DNA of 64,000 nt from an uncultured Thermoleophilia bacterium (GTDB taxonomy: Bacteria; Actinomycetota; Thermoleophilia; UBA2241): positions 32,001-96,000 of the forward strand of contig CAVQSP010000011.1 of assembly GCA_963715985.1 (NCBI GenBank). The letters are read 5' to 3'. A model generated the notes under the pieces. That model searched no databases. It saw only the letters and a list, made by a program, of their open reading frames with translations, and was not told the origin of the DNA. The position numbers and the translations under genes were made by a program. Below are positions 21,488 through 34,102 of this stretch, piece after piece. The stretch's first letter is position 1. Every line of letters begins with the position of its first letter.

Positions 21488-22936
21488 TTAGCGTGCCGCC
21501 GCCTGCCGAGCGTCCGGCACGGCGACGTCCTCCGGCATTGTCACCGGTACATCGACGAAGGGCAGCGCCGGCAGCGCCCACTGCGAGTCCTCCGTGGGCA
21601 CGGCGCAGCCCGCGGCCTCACGGCCGCTGCCGAGGGACACGGTGAGTGGTCCCATCGTCGCCGAGGGCTGGTAGAGCGCAACGGTGTCGGCCGCGGTGAC
21701 GGACGCGTTCTGGAACCCGACCTGCCCGCCGTCAGGCGTCCGCAGCACGAGCCCCCCCACGGCGCCCGGACGGAGCGCTCCCCCGCCACAGTCGAAACGC
21801 AGCGTCACGGTCCCCGCGCCGTCGTAGGAGGCTTCGAGGAGCGTCGGCCCCGACGGCACGTCCAGGTGCTCCACCCCGGCGAGGATTGCGGCAGCCCATC
21901 GGCGCGCCGCCTCGTCCAGCTCCGACGGCAGTGTGAAGTGCACGCGGCCGTGCAGGTCGACGTCGTACAGCACCGGGCCGGGCACGACCTCGCCCTGCGT
22001 CCACACGTCCTGCTGGGCGAGCCGGATGCGGTTCACGCTTTCGGCCTCATACCGCATGTCGAAGTCGCCGATCTGCGCAGCCACCAGCGGCGCCCCGCAG
22101 TCCTGTTCCACCTGCGCGGCGAGAAGGCGGAGCGCCCCTTCGTAGTCCTCACGTGGCAGACCCGTGCGCGCGTCGGCCTCACCCTGCCAGAACAGTACGG
22201 CGCGCACGGTGCCGCCCACGGCACGGATGCGCCTCATCATCGAGCCGTACAGTGAGGCGCGCGAGTATGACCTGCGTGCGTCCCTGAGCCAGCTGAAGAT
22301 GCTCGTCGTACCGCGCGCGCAGGGCACGAACGCCACCGGCACCGGGTCTGCCGCCACCAGGCGGGTGGCCACCAGCGGCCACACCGATCCGGCGGCGTGG
22401 ACATCGAGGCTCACCTTGTCGACCTGCCCGGCGGGCGAGTCGACGGGGTCGCGCAGATCCTTCCAGCGGTCGTCGTTGCCGAACAGGCCGGCGCGCAGCA
22501 GCGGCGCGGAGTACCGGCTCGGCTGCCAGCCACGGCCGCTGGCGTTGCTCTGGCCCGCGACGACGAAGATGTCACCGACGCCCACGTAGGGGATCCAGCG
22601 GGAGACAGAGGGCCGAGCCGCGGAGCGCACCTCCAGGGTGGCCTGGCCGCCCGGGCAGTCGCGCAGACGGACGGCGAAGGAGCCGTCGCCCGACACTCCG
22701 CCGGTGGACCAGGATCCGCCGGCCCAGCGCGCCTGCACGCGGCCGCCCAGACCTCTGCTCACCCCACGGACGACGATGTCGGCACGGCCGTCGGCGCCCC
22801 GCTGGACGACCTGGAAGGCCTGCGGCGAGGTGACGCGCAAGGCGGGTGCAGAGGCCTCGGCCGGGCAGGTCACGAGCGCCGCGAGAGCGGCCGCCACGAC
22901 GAGACCTGCCAGAGCTGTGAGGACACGGTAGCGCAT
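21488..22936 (-). CDS. secreted sialate O-acetylesterase-like (SASA/SGNH) protein
   Basis: Signal peptide; VAGQSNA, LFWQGEAD and VHF motifs; AAGGA RBS. Confidence 0.75.
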   Translation of the reverse strand: MRYRVLTALAGLVVAAALAALVTCPAEASAPALRVTSPQAFQVVQRGADGRADIVVRGVSRGLGGRVQARWAGGSWSTGGVSGDGSFAVRLRDCPGGQATLEVRSAARPSVSRWIPYVGVGDIFVVAGQSNASGRGWQPSRYSAPLLRAGLFGNDDRWKDLRDPVDSPAGQVDKVSLDVHAAGSVWPLVATRLVAADPVPVAFVPCARGTTSIFSWLRDARRSYSRASLYGSMMRRIRAVGGTVRAVLFWQGEADARTGLPREDYEGALRLLAAQVEQDCGAPLVAAQIGDFDMRYEAESVNRIRLAQQDVWTQGEVVPGPVLYDVDLHGRVHFTLPSELDEAARRWAAAILAGVEHLDVPSGPTLLEASYDGAGTVTLRFDCGGGALRPGAVGGLVLRTPDGGQVGFQNASVTAADTVALYQPSATMGPLTVSLGSGREAAGCAVPTEDSQWALPALPFVDVPVTMPEDVAVPDARQAAAR

Positions 22937-22986
22937 GAGCTTCCTTCGGAGACCCCTCTTTCGGCGGCGGCGCCGTGTCATCCTGC

Positions 22987-23062
22987 TGGAGCCGGCGGGC
23001 GGGGTCGAACCGCCGACCTGCCGCTTACAAGGCGGCTGCTCTGCCAACTGAGCTACGCCGGC
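22987..23062 (-). tRNA. tRNA-Thr(TGT)
   Basis: GCCGGCGTAGCTCAGTTGGCAGAGCAGCCGCCTTGTAAGCGGCAGGTCGGCGGTTCGACCCCGCCCGCCGGCTCCA cloverleaf with CCA. Confidence 0.97.
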
Positions 23063-23145
23063 CCGGCGCACACGGTACACGCGCCTCCAGTGTACAGAAG
23101 CCGTGTGCCGGTCTCGAACCGCGGCCGCGCGGCTATACTCGATAC

Positions 23146-24339
23146 ATGGCGCGCAAACCCCTCTCCGGCGATCTCGGCGGCCCCCGCGGGTGGGGCGCAG
23201 GTTCGCTGGCGCTGGCCGCGCTCCTGGCCGCGGCGGCTGCCCTCGCCGTGATGCTGCTGCCCGGCCACGAGCGGCCCGCGCCCGTCACCACGCCCGTACG
23301 GACGCACGCGGCGCCGCACGTGCGCGCCTGGTCCGCCGTGGTCATGGACCCGGCCACCGGCGTCATCCTCTACGCGAAGGCGCCCGACCGGCGCCTGCCC
23401 ATGGCGTCGCTCACCAAGATCATGACCGCGAGCCTCGTGCTCGAGCGGATGCAGGACCTGGAGGCATACGTCACCGTCCCGGCCACCGCCATCGGGCAGC
23501 CGGGCGCCAAGCTGGGCCTCAGCGCCGGCGACCAGATCACGGTGCGCCAGCTGCTGTTGGGACTCATGGTGAGGAGCGCCACCGACTGCGCCATCACCCT
23601 GGCGACGGCCGTGGCCGGCGACGAGACGCACTTCGTCCAGCTCATGAACCGGCGCGCGGCCGCGCTTGGCCTCGCCAACACCCACTTCGTCAACGCCTCG
23701 GGCGTCAACGTGCGCGGCCACTACTCCAGCGCGCGCGACCTCTCCACCCTCACCCGCACGGCCGTGCGCGACCCGCGCTTCCGCCTGCTCGCGCGGCGGG
23801 TGTGGGCCACGGTCACGTGGCCGCCGGCGCACGAGGTGCGCCTGCATTCGCACAACAGGCTGAACGAGCTCTACGACTGGGTGGACGGCGTCAAGACCGG
23901 CTTCACCGAGGGCACCGGCGCCTGCCTCGTGGCGACCGGCAAGTATGGGGCGCGGCGCCTCATCGTCACCACGCTGCACCAGCCCTCGCGCGACCAGGAG
24001 GTGCGCGACGCGCTCAGGCTCTTCGCGTACGGCGCGTCGCGCTTCGCACGCAAGCGCATCGTGCGGGCCGGCGAGCGCGTCGGCGAGCTGCCTCTCGAGA
24101 TCGGCGGACGAGCCGCGGCGCTCACCGCCGGGGCCGGGCTGGCCCGCGTGGTGCGCAAGGGCGCCCCCGTGACCACGCGCCTCAGCGTCCCGGGGACGCT
24201 CCAGGCGGCGCCGGCAAGGGACGAGGTGGTCGGCTACGCCACGTTCTGGTCCGACGGCGTGCTGCTGGGATCGGTCCCGGTGCGTGCCGAGGCGGCCCAG
24301 GCGGTGTCGCTCAGCGCGACGCCGCCCGCGACGCCGTGA
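23146..24339 (+). CDS. D-alanyl-D-alanine carboxypeptidase (peptidase S11)
   Basis: MASLTKIMT (SxxK), THFVNASG and GVKTGFT; TATACT at 23134-23139 suggests leaderless transcription. Confidence 0.88.
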   Translation: MARKPLSGDLGGPRGWGAGSLALAALLAAAAALAVMLLPGHERPAPVTTPVRTHAAPHVRAWSAVVMDPATGVILYAKAPDRRLPMASLTKIMTASLVLERMQDLEAYVTVPATAIGQPGAKLGLSAGDQITVRQLLLGLMVRSATDCAITLATAVAGDETHFVQLMNRRAAALGLANTHFVNASGVNVRGHYSSARDLSTLTRTAVRDPRFRLLARRVWATVTWPPAHEVRLHSHNRLNELYDWVDGVKTGFTEGTGACLVATGKYGARRLIVTTLHQPSRDQEVRDALRLFAYGASRFARKRIVRAGERVGELPLEIGGRAAALTAGAGLARVVRKGAPVTTRLSVPGTLQAAPARDEVVGYATFWSDGVLLGSVPVRAEAAQAVSLSATPPATP

Positions 24340-25714
24340 CCTCGCGAAAGCGCTGGACGGAGTTGATCGGGATGTCGAGCAGCTCCGCTATGTGCACCTT
24401 TGCCTCCAGCCCGAGCGGCTCGCCCACGTAGGTGACCTCGCCGGCCTCGGTCATGGACCCGAGTCCGCGCTCCTTGCGCACCTCGAGCATGACGACCGGA
24501 TCGCTGAGGTCGTCCTCGGACACTCCGAGCCGCCCGGCTACATAGGCCTTGGCCTCGGTGAGTCGCATCCCCCGGGTCATCTGCATCCGCGCCACCAGGT
24601 CTCCGGCGGTGCGGACGCCTCCCATGCCCGAGGCGACGACGTGGCTCACGGCCTGGCCGTAGACGTCGCCGGCGCCTACCTACAAGCCGTCCAGCCGCAG
24701 CAGGTCCACGGCGGCGCGCGAGGCCCGCGACGTCGCGTCTCCCGGCGGCAGGATGTGCATGGGCACGCCCCCCACCCCCATGCCGCCGTTGAGGTGGACG
24801 GGGATGGTGGCCTGCTCGCAGCACGGCTTGCAGATCGCGATCGTGCGCGCCACGTTCCAGGCCACCGACTTGCCGGTGTTCACGTTGATCGCCGGCCCGT
24901 AGATGGTGGCGCCGGCCTTGGCCGCCAGCTTCATCTGCTCGAGGGGCCAGAGACCGGCCAGCCGCACGCCCTCGTACTCGAGCTCGCCGTGCATGCCGAG
25001 CACGAACTCGCTGGCCATGCCGATCTGGATGCCCAGATCGGGGTGCCGTGCGCGGATGCGCTCGATAGCCACGAGGGCCGCCAGGAAGTCGGCGTCGCCG
25101 GCGGCCCCCGACGTGTCCAGGTCGATGAAGTCGGCGCCCGCCTCGGCGAGGCCGTCCGCCACGTACACGATGTCGGCGGCGGCCTGCTCCACGGCCGCTT
25201 CCTGCGCCTCCCGCGCCTCGGCGTACCTGCCGAGCGGCAGCAACTGGGCCCAGTTGGGCAACGGCCCATCCGGCACCGTGTACAGACCCAGGTCCGGCAT
25301 GGCGCCGTACCCGCACGGCGTGGTGAGCAGGTACTGCGCCTGCCGCATGATCGTCTGCTCGTAGGGAACGACGGCCTTGGCAGGCTTGAACGAGTAGTCC
25401 TGATGGTAGAGCTCGACCGAGTCGGCGCAGAGGAACTGCTCGTAGTACTGCAGGTCGTGCACGCGCGTGCCGATGTCGTGGGCTCCGCTGCCGTCGTAGG
25501 TGAGGACGACCTCGTCGCCGATGTCCACGGCGCTGAAACGAGCCGCCGACGCGAAGATGTCCACCAGGTGCAGGATCTCATCGTCGGTGAGCGGCGGCAC
25601 TTTGGCGCGCTTCACCGCCGCCTCCACCCCGGCCCGCACCTCCTGCTCGATCTCCGCCCGGGTCATGCGCACCAGCGACCCGTCGCCCATGCGCGTCGGG
25701 ATGGATCGGTCCAC
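24311..25714 (-). CDS. mtbB: pyrrolysine-containing MtbB-like dimethylamine methyltransferase (TAG 24680-24682)
   Basis: GTG 25714 after [47 protein letters not shown] in frame with ORF 24311..24649. Confidence 0.9.
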
Positions 25715-25925
25715 AGGTCTCCCCCTGCTCACTCGTCACGAAGGCCGGCGGCGTCCGCCGCCGGCCCCTTCCACCATGCGCAGCAGAGCGTACAGGGGCG
25801 TTCCGCCGCTGTCATCGTGCCATCGTTCGGCAAACTTAGCGGGCACGGCGGCGGCGAACATGGATGAAGCGCGGATGCCCGGCCGGGCTCGCCCGCCCTC
25901 GACGGCATGCGGCCGGCTGCGGCCG

Positions 25926-26480
25926 TCAGCGCGCGAGGGCCTTGCCGGCTTCGTAGGCGCGGATCTTCAGCTCTGCATCGCGTTCCGCACGCTCGGGGTC
26001 GTTCGCGCCCGTGCACACGATGTGGTCCACCAGCTCGAACCCGAACGACGGGAAGACCGCCGCCGTGTACTCGAAGTAGGAGTCGTAGGTGTGCTCGTCG
26101 TCCATGCCGTGCGAGTACACCGTGATCATCTTCTTCACACCGAATCTGGGCCTCCCTTGGAGGTCCATCAGCGGGAAGAACCTGTCGTACAGGTTCTTGA
26201 CGGGACCGGTCATCTGCATCATGTAGATCGGCGAGCCGATCACGACCGCGTCCGCCGACTTCACCTTCTGCAACGCTTCGTGGAGCTCGTCGTTGATGAC
26301 GCAGTCGTCCTTCATGCGACAGGCGAAGCAGCTCTGGCAGGCCATGAACTTCATCTTGAACAGCGTGTAGAACTTGACCTCCGCCCCGGCGTCTCGTGCA
26401 CCCTGGGCGATGAGGTCCAGGAGCGTCACGGTATTGCCGTCCCTGCGAGGACTGCCGTTGAACACGACGATTTCCTTCAT
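25926..26480 (-). CDS. flavodoxin-fold iron-sulfur flavoprotein (Isf-like)
   Basis: GSPRRDGNT, CQSCFACRMKDDC and IGSPIY. Confidence 0.88.
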   Translation of the reverse strand: MKEIVVFNGSPRRDGNTVTLLDLIAQGARDAGAEVKFYTLFKMKFMACQSCFACRMKDDCVINDELHEALQKVKSADAVVIGSPIYMMQMTGPVKNLYDRFFPLMDLQGRPRFGVKKMITVYSHGMDDEHTYDSYFEYTAAVFPSFGFELVDHIVCTGANDPERAERDAELKIRAYEAGKALAR

Positions 26481-26599
26481 CGTCTGGAGCTGCCTTTCCG
26501 CGAGCTGCCGTGGCGGTCCGCAACGCACTGAGGAGGAGAGGGAGGGCCCGAAAGGCCCTCCCTCTTCCGGCTGCTTCTTGAGGGGACCCGGTGCCGAGA

Positions 26600-27481
26600 C
26601 TACAGCTCGATGAACCCCAGGTTCTGAGACTCGTTGTCGATGCAGACCGCGGTCGAGTACTTTCTGCCGTCCGCGTCCACCTCGAGCACGTACTCGCCGT
26701 TCTCCAGCCCGTCGAACTTGAACTCGCCGAAGAAGTTGGTGGTCCGGGTCGCGAGCGTCGATGAGTCGTGGCAATCGGCGACACCGGCGCCGGAGAGGTT
26801 GCAGACGATGCCGCCCTCCTTCGAGTGCAGCGTGACGGTGGCGCCCTCGCAGCAGTCCCCGTCGACCAGCACGCCCGCCGTGACGAAGTTCTTGGTGAAC
26901 CTGTAGAGGTTCTTGTAGAGCGTGCGCGGCTTGGTACCCAGCTCAGGCAGATAGGCCTCGAGATCCTCGGCCTCGATCATCCTCTGCATCTCCTCCGGCT
27001 CGACGAGGTAGGTGGCCATGGCCTCGGTCGGGCAGGAATGCGTGCAGCGAGTGGTGTGCGGCGTCCAGCTCGGATCGTCGATCAAGTGGGCGCAGAAGAT
27101 GCACTTCTGCGCGATGTCGGCCTCTTCGTTCCACCAGATGGCGCCGTAGGGGCAGGAGTCGACCAGGGCCTTGTCGCCCTTGGCCTTCACCATGTCGATC
27201 ATCACGATGCCGTCGGGACGACGAGTGATCGCGCCGTTCGACGCCTCCATGCACGGCGCGTTCTCGCACTGCTGACACGGCACCGGGAGATACGCCACGT
27301 CGTTGCGGGCGTACTGCCCGCGCTCGCGCCGCAGGATGTCCACCCAACGGTGGCCGTGACGGGGCTGGGCGGCGGTGTAGCCGGGCCAATCGTTGCCGAC
27401 GAACTCGTCCTTGTCGGCCATAAAGCAGTTGTTGCAGTCGTGGCACTTGGCCACGTCGATGACTTTGTACCATTGCTTCAC
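26600..27481 (-). CDS. bthL: pyrogallol transhydroxylase Fe-S (beta) subunit
   Basis: IDVAKCHDCNNCF, PCQQCENAPC, CPYGAIWWNEE, KCIFCAH, PELGTKPR, TNFFGEFKFD; recalled collinearity with Pelobacter BthL. Confidence 0.85.
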   Translation of the reverse strand: MKQWYKVIDVAKCHDCNNCFMADKDEFVGNDWPGYTAAQPRHGHRWVDILRRERGQYARNDVAYLPVPCQQCENAPCMEASNGAITRRPDGIVMIDMVKAKGDKALVDSCPYGAIWWNEEADIAQKCIFCAHLIDDPSWTPHTTRCTHSCPTEAMATYLVEPEEMQRMIEAEDLEAYLPELGTKPRTLYKNLYRFTKNFVTAGVLVDGDCCEGATVTLHSKEGGIVCNLSGAGVADCHDSSTLATRTTNFFGEFKFDGLENGEYVLEVDADGRKYSTAVCIDNESQNLGFIEL

Positions 27482-27527
27482 GTCGCTGACTCCTTCTCAG
27501 TCGTGCACGAGCGGACGGTGTCCTGGC

Positions 27528-30129
27528 TCACTCGGTCTCGTAGGTGCCGCCGTCCCACTTCTCGACCTCGATCTGCGCGGTGTTGGGAGCCATGCCCGAG
27601 GCGTACTTGGACATGTAGCGATCGGGCGAGAGGATGTTCATGCAGCCGCCGCGATCGGCGGACTTGCCGGGCGTGCCCAGCGGGTCGTACTCGGCGCACG
27701 ACTCATAGGTGTGCACGGTGCCGGGCTGCGTACGCTCGCCCACCTGCGCGCACACGATGACGGAGCCGCGATCGTTGAAGGCGCGGACCAGGTCGCCGCT
27801 CTCGATGCCGCGGGCGGCCGCGTCGACGCGGTTGATGCGGATGATCCAGTAGTAGTGACCGTCCACCAGGACGCGATGGTCCTTGATGTCGTTCATGAAG
27901 CTGTCCTTGCCGTCACCCATGGTGTGGAAGGAGAAGCGGGGATGCGGGGACAGCATCCCGAGCGGGTACTTCTTGGCGAGCTCGCAGCGCGGACCCTCCC
28001 ACGCGGGCACGTAGGTGTGCATGGAGGGACGGTACTCGTCCACGAAGCCCTGGTCCTCGAAGTTCTTGAGGCTGGTGGCGATGAACTCGACCTTGCCGGT
28101 GCTCGTCTGCAGGCCCTTGCGGCCGACCTGGTTGTTCAGACGCGGGCCCCAGTCGGGCGTGTCCTTCTCGCGGTCCTCGGCGAACCAGCGGAGCGCCGGC
28201 GTCTTCTTGCGCTCCGGGTTGTCGGGCACGATGAAGTAGCCCTTCTCCTTGAACTCCGCGAAGGTCATGTGCTTCGGCATGTCGGTGGCGTTGTAGTACT
28301 GCTCGACCCAGGCCAGCTCGTCCTTGCCCTCCGTGAACATCGGGCCGATGCCCAGCTTCTCGGCGATCATCGCGTAGATCTCGTAGTCCGACTTGGACTC
28401 GCCGACCGGCTCGATGCACTTGGCCTGCATCGAGATCACGCGGTGGTTGCACTGGCCGTAGGTGTCGGGGATGTAGCCCGAGCAATTGGCGAACTCGGAG
28501 ATGTCCCAGCGCTCGAAGTTGGTGCAGGCCGGCAGGATGATGTCGGCGAACTGCACTTCACCCTCGAACCAGATGGACTGGCTGACGACGAACTCCAGAC
28601 TCTCGTGCGAGTACATCCTGGCGTAGCGGTTGGTCGCGGTCATGGTCCCGATCCATGGACCGCCGTACTTCCACAGCATCTTGATCTTGGGATAGCCGGG
28701 CGCCGGATACTGGTACTGGTGCATCTGATGCTGGATGTCGCCGCCGGCGAAGCCCTTGCCGGCCCACTGCGAACTTGCCGTCCATGATGCACTCGGGCAC
28801 CTTGAGGCGCGGGATGTGCTGGCCGGCCGAGGTGTTGATGTTCGACGGCGACGGGAAGGTGGTCTTGCCGTCGAACATGCGCCAGGCGAACTTGAAGCCC
28901 GCCGCCGAGTTCTCGCAGTCGCCGGAGATGCCGCCCTCGGCGTAGCCGGGGAAGTAGAAGTCGTAGTCGACGGGCGTGCCTTGCGTGGTCGACCAGATGT
29001 TGGAGCCCGGCTTGCCCATGCCCTGCATCGTGGCGAGCGCGATCATGCCGCGGGCCCACTCGATGCCGTGTGAGGCGCGGCAGGCGCCGCCCCAGCCACC
29101 GAGGCCGCCGGCGGCGAGGAAGGTGTTCTTCTTCGCCCACTCGCGGGCCAGGGCGCGGATCTCGCAGGCCGGCACGCCCGACTCCTCCTCGGCCCACTCG
29201 CAGGTCTTGGGCACGCCGTCGGTCTTGCCCAGCACGTACTCGGCCCACTCGTCGAAGCCGTGAGCGTGCGTGGCCACGTACTCCTTGTCGTAGGTGCCCT
29301 CGGTCAGCCACGTGTAGGCGATGGCGAAGGAGAGCGCGTGGTCGGTGCCGATCTTGGGAGAGAACCACTTGTCGCCGATGAGCCCGGCGGTGTGGTTGTA
29401 GAACGGGTCGATGAAGACCATCTTGACGCCGAGTTCCTTCAGCCAGTAGCGGCGGATGGTGGACTCGTGGGCGGCGTAGATGCCGGTGTTGGTCTCCGGG
29501 TCGGACGACCAGAAGACGACCATCTCGGCGTTCTGCAGGCCGTCCTCGAGCAGGTCGTACTGCTCGGGGTTGCCGAGGCGCCAGCTGAAGCCCCACATGT
29601 GCATGCCGCCCCAGTGCCAGCCTTCCCAGCTGTCGGGGTTATGGTCGGCGTAGGTGAAGCCCATCATGTTCATGAAGCGGAAGTACGTGCTGTGGCGGTA
29701 GCCCACGTTGCCCCACATGTGGTGGGAGCTGGGGCTGGAGAGGATCGCCGCGGGACCGGCCTCGCGCTTCACGCGATCGATCTCGTTGACCACGATGTCG
29801 GTGGCCTCGTCCCAGGAGATCGGCTCGTAGCCGGAGATGCCGCGGTTCTGGATGTTGCGCTCGCCGTTGGGATCGAAGTCCACGCGCTTCATCGGGGTCT
29901 TGATCCGCCTGTCCGAGTAGATCATGGACTTGAAGCCGGCCGTGTACACCGAATACGTCGTCTTGCGCGGGGGAGCGAAGGTCCTGCCCCTCGCTTCGAT
30001 CTTCCAGGACGGCGCGTCGACCTCGTCGTCGAGATCCATGGGGGTGATGCGGACGATCTTGCCGTCCTTCACGTAGACGAAGACCGGCCCACCGGTCGAG
30101 GAATTCGTCAGGCGGACTGTTTCTCCCAT
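27528..30129 (-). CDS. athL: pyrogallol-phloroglucinol transhydroxylase molybdopterin (alpha) subunit; 1-nt frameshift near 28770
   Basis: MGETVRLTNSSTGGPVFVYVKDGKI, SSHHMWGNVGYRHSTYFRF, HNPDSWEGWHWGG and SPHPRFSFHTMGDGK closely match recalled Pelobacter AthL. Removing one base gives KFQWAGKGFAGGD and joins both ORFs. Confidence 0.88.
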
Positions 30130-30432
30130 CGAGGCATCTCCTTCGTTCTGCAGGCGTTTGACCTGGGTCCGACAGCTGCCCAGGCCTCGTTGAGACTCCT
30201 GCCGTCGGCAGGACGCGCGCCATGAGCGGACGGACGGGGGATCCGGCCGAAGTCCGCAGGCGGGCAGTGAGACTCGTTGCTCGCCGTGACGGCGTCGAGC
30301 CGGCGGAGCGGGACGACACGGCCGTTCATGGGCACCATGCGTGCTCCACACCCGACGGCAAGGCCCGACGATGCAGGAAGGCCCGGCCACGTCGGCCGCC
30401 GGCGCTCGCTGATGAAGGCGGACATGGCCTCA

Positions 30433-30496
30433 GCTCACAATGTGGACATCATGCTCACAATGCGGACATCGTAGGTCCGCGGCATCGCCCTGTCAA
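30433..30496 (-). promoter_or_regulatory. sigma70 promoter of the athL operon with a tandem operator
   Basis: Minus strand TTGACA (30496-30491), 17 bp, TACGAT (30473-30468); direct repeat GCTCACAATGYGGACATC at 30433-30450 and 30453-30470. Confidence 0.7.
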
Positions 30497-30834
30497 GAGT
30501 ATGCGCATGCCGTCCCGGTCGCTCCCGGCTCCACGCCACGCCTGCGCCGGCCGAAGGCGCACGTGATGCGCTTCGACCGCCCCCGAGGGCACGCGTACCG
30601 TCCGCAGCATGCAGTGTCCCTGCGTACGGCCACCCACGGGCGCTCCGTGAGCCGATCGTCGGCGCAGGTCCGGCCTGGGGAGCCCGTGGCGACCCACCGA
30701 CGACCGTTGCCGCAGAGGGTAGAGGCCCCGCGGGGAGACGGGGCCTCTGCAAGGGCCTTGGGGGAAGCCCTTGGCTTGGGGGGTATTTCGTTGACCGCAA
30801 GGGGGCGAGTCAAAGGATGCCCCGCCGATGTTGC

Positions 30835-30976
30835 GTCTCCGTGAAGCCACGCGTAGTGCGGCGCTTCCGGGATCGCCGCGCCGCAAACGCGAAGGCGCGG
30901 ATCCGGGGGTGAACTGGATCCACGCCTTCGATCTTGTGGCCTGAGGCCGGGAGCTCCCGCATTGGGGGGCGGAGGC
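30835..30976 (+). ncRNA. candidate structured ncRNA, rod-shaped, 6S-like
   Basis: Nested pairings GTCTCCG/CGGAGGC, TAGTGCGG/CCGCATTG, CTTCCGG/CCGGGAG, GCCGCAA/TTGTGGC and CGAAGGCGCGGATCC/GGATCCACGCCTTCG in a 1.1 kb gap with no convincing ORF; G-U pairs favour the + strand. Confidence 0.4.
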
Positions 30977-31238
30977 CACTCCGACCTGCAGACCGTGGTT
31001 CGCCCGGGGCCGGGGCGAACCAAAAGAAGATAGGAGGTACCAGCTCTTGGCGCTGGCAGCGGGCTTCTCGGAGACGGGAAGCGTCGCACAACGACCCTAC
31101 GGTCGCCGTGCGAAGAAGTTGTTAACCAGATATTGAGAGATATGAAGCGCGCAGCCTGGAAGACCTGCCTTGCCGCGCAGAACTACCGGTAAGTTCACGA
31201 AGGTATTGAGCCGGACGGAGGCGTCGACGTCGACGCGG

Positions 31239-34094
<2,856 letters not shown>

Positions 34095-34102
<8 letters not shown>

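Noticed and set aside
22987-23062. tRNA-Thr or tRNA-Lys as integration sites of a mobile element
   Set aside because: No integrase, transposase, duplicated tRNA 3' end or compositional shift seen.
31105-31210. AT-richer patch as dif site or origin
   Set aside because: No recognisable XerC/D arms or DnaA boxes.
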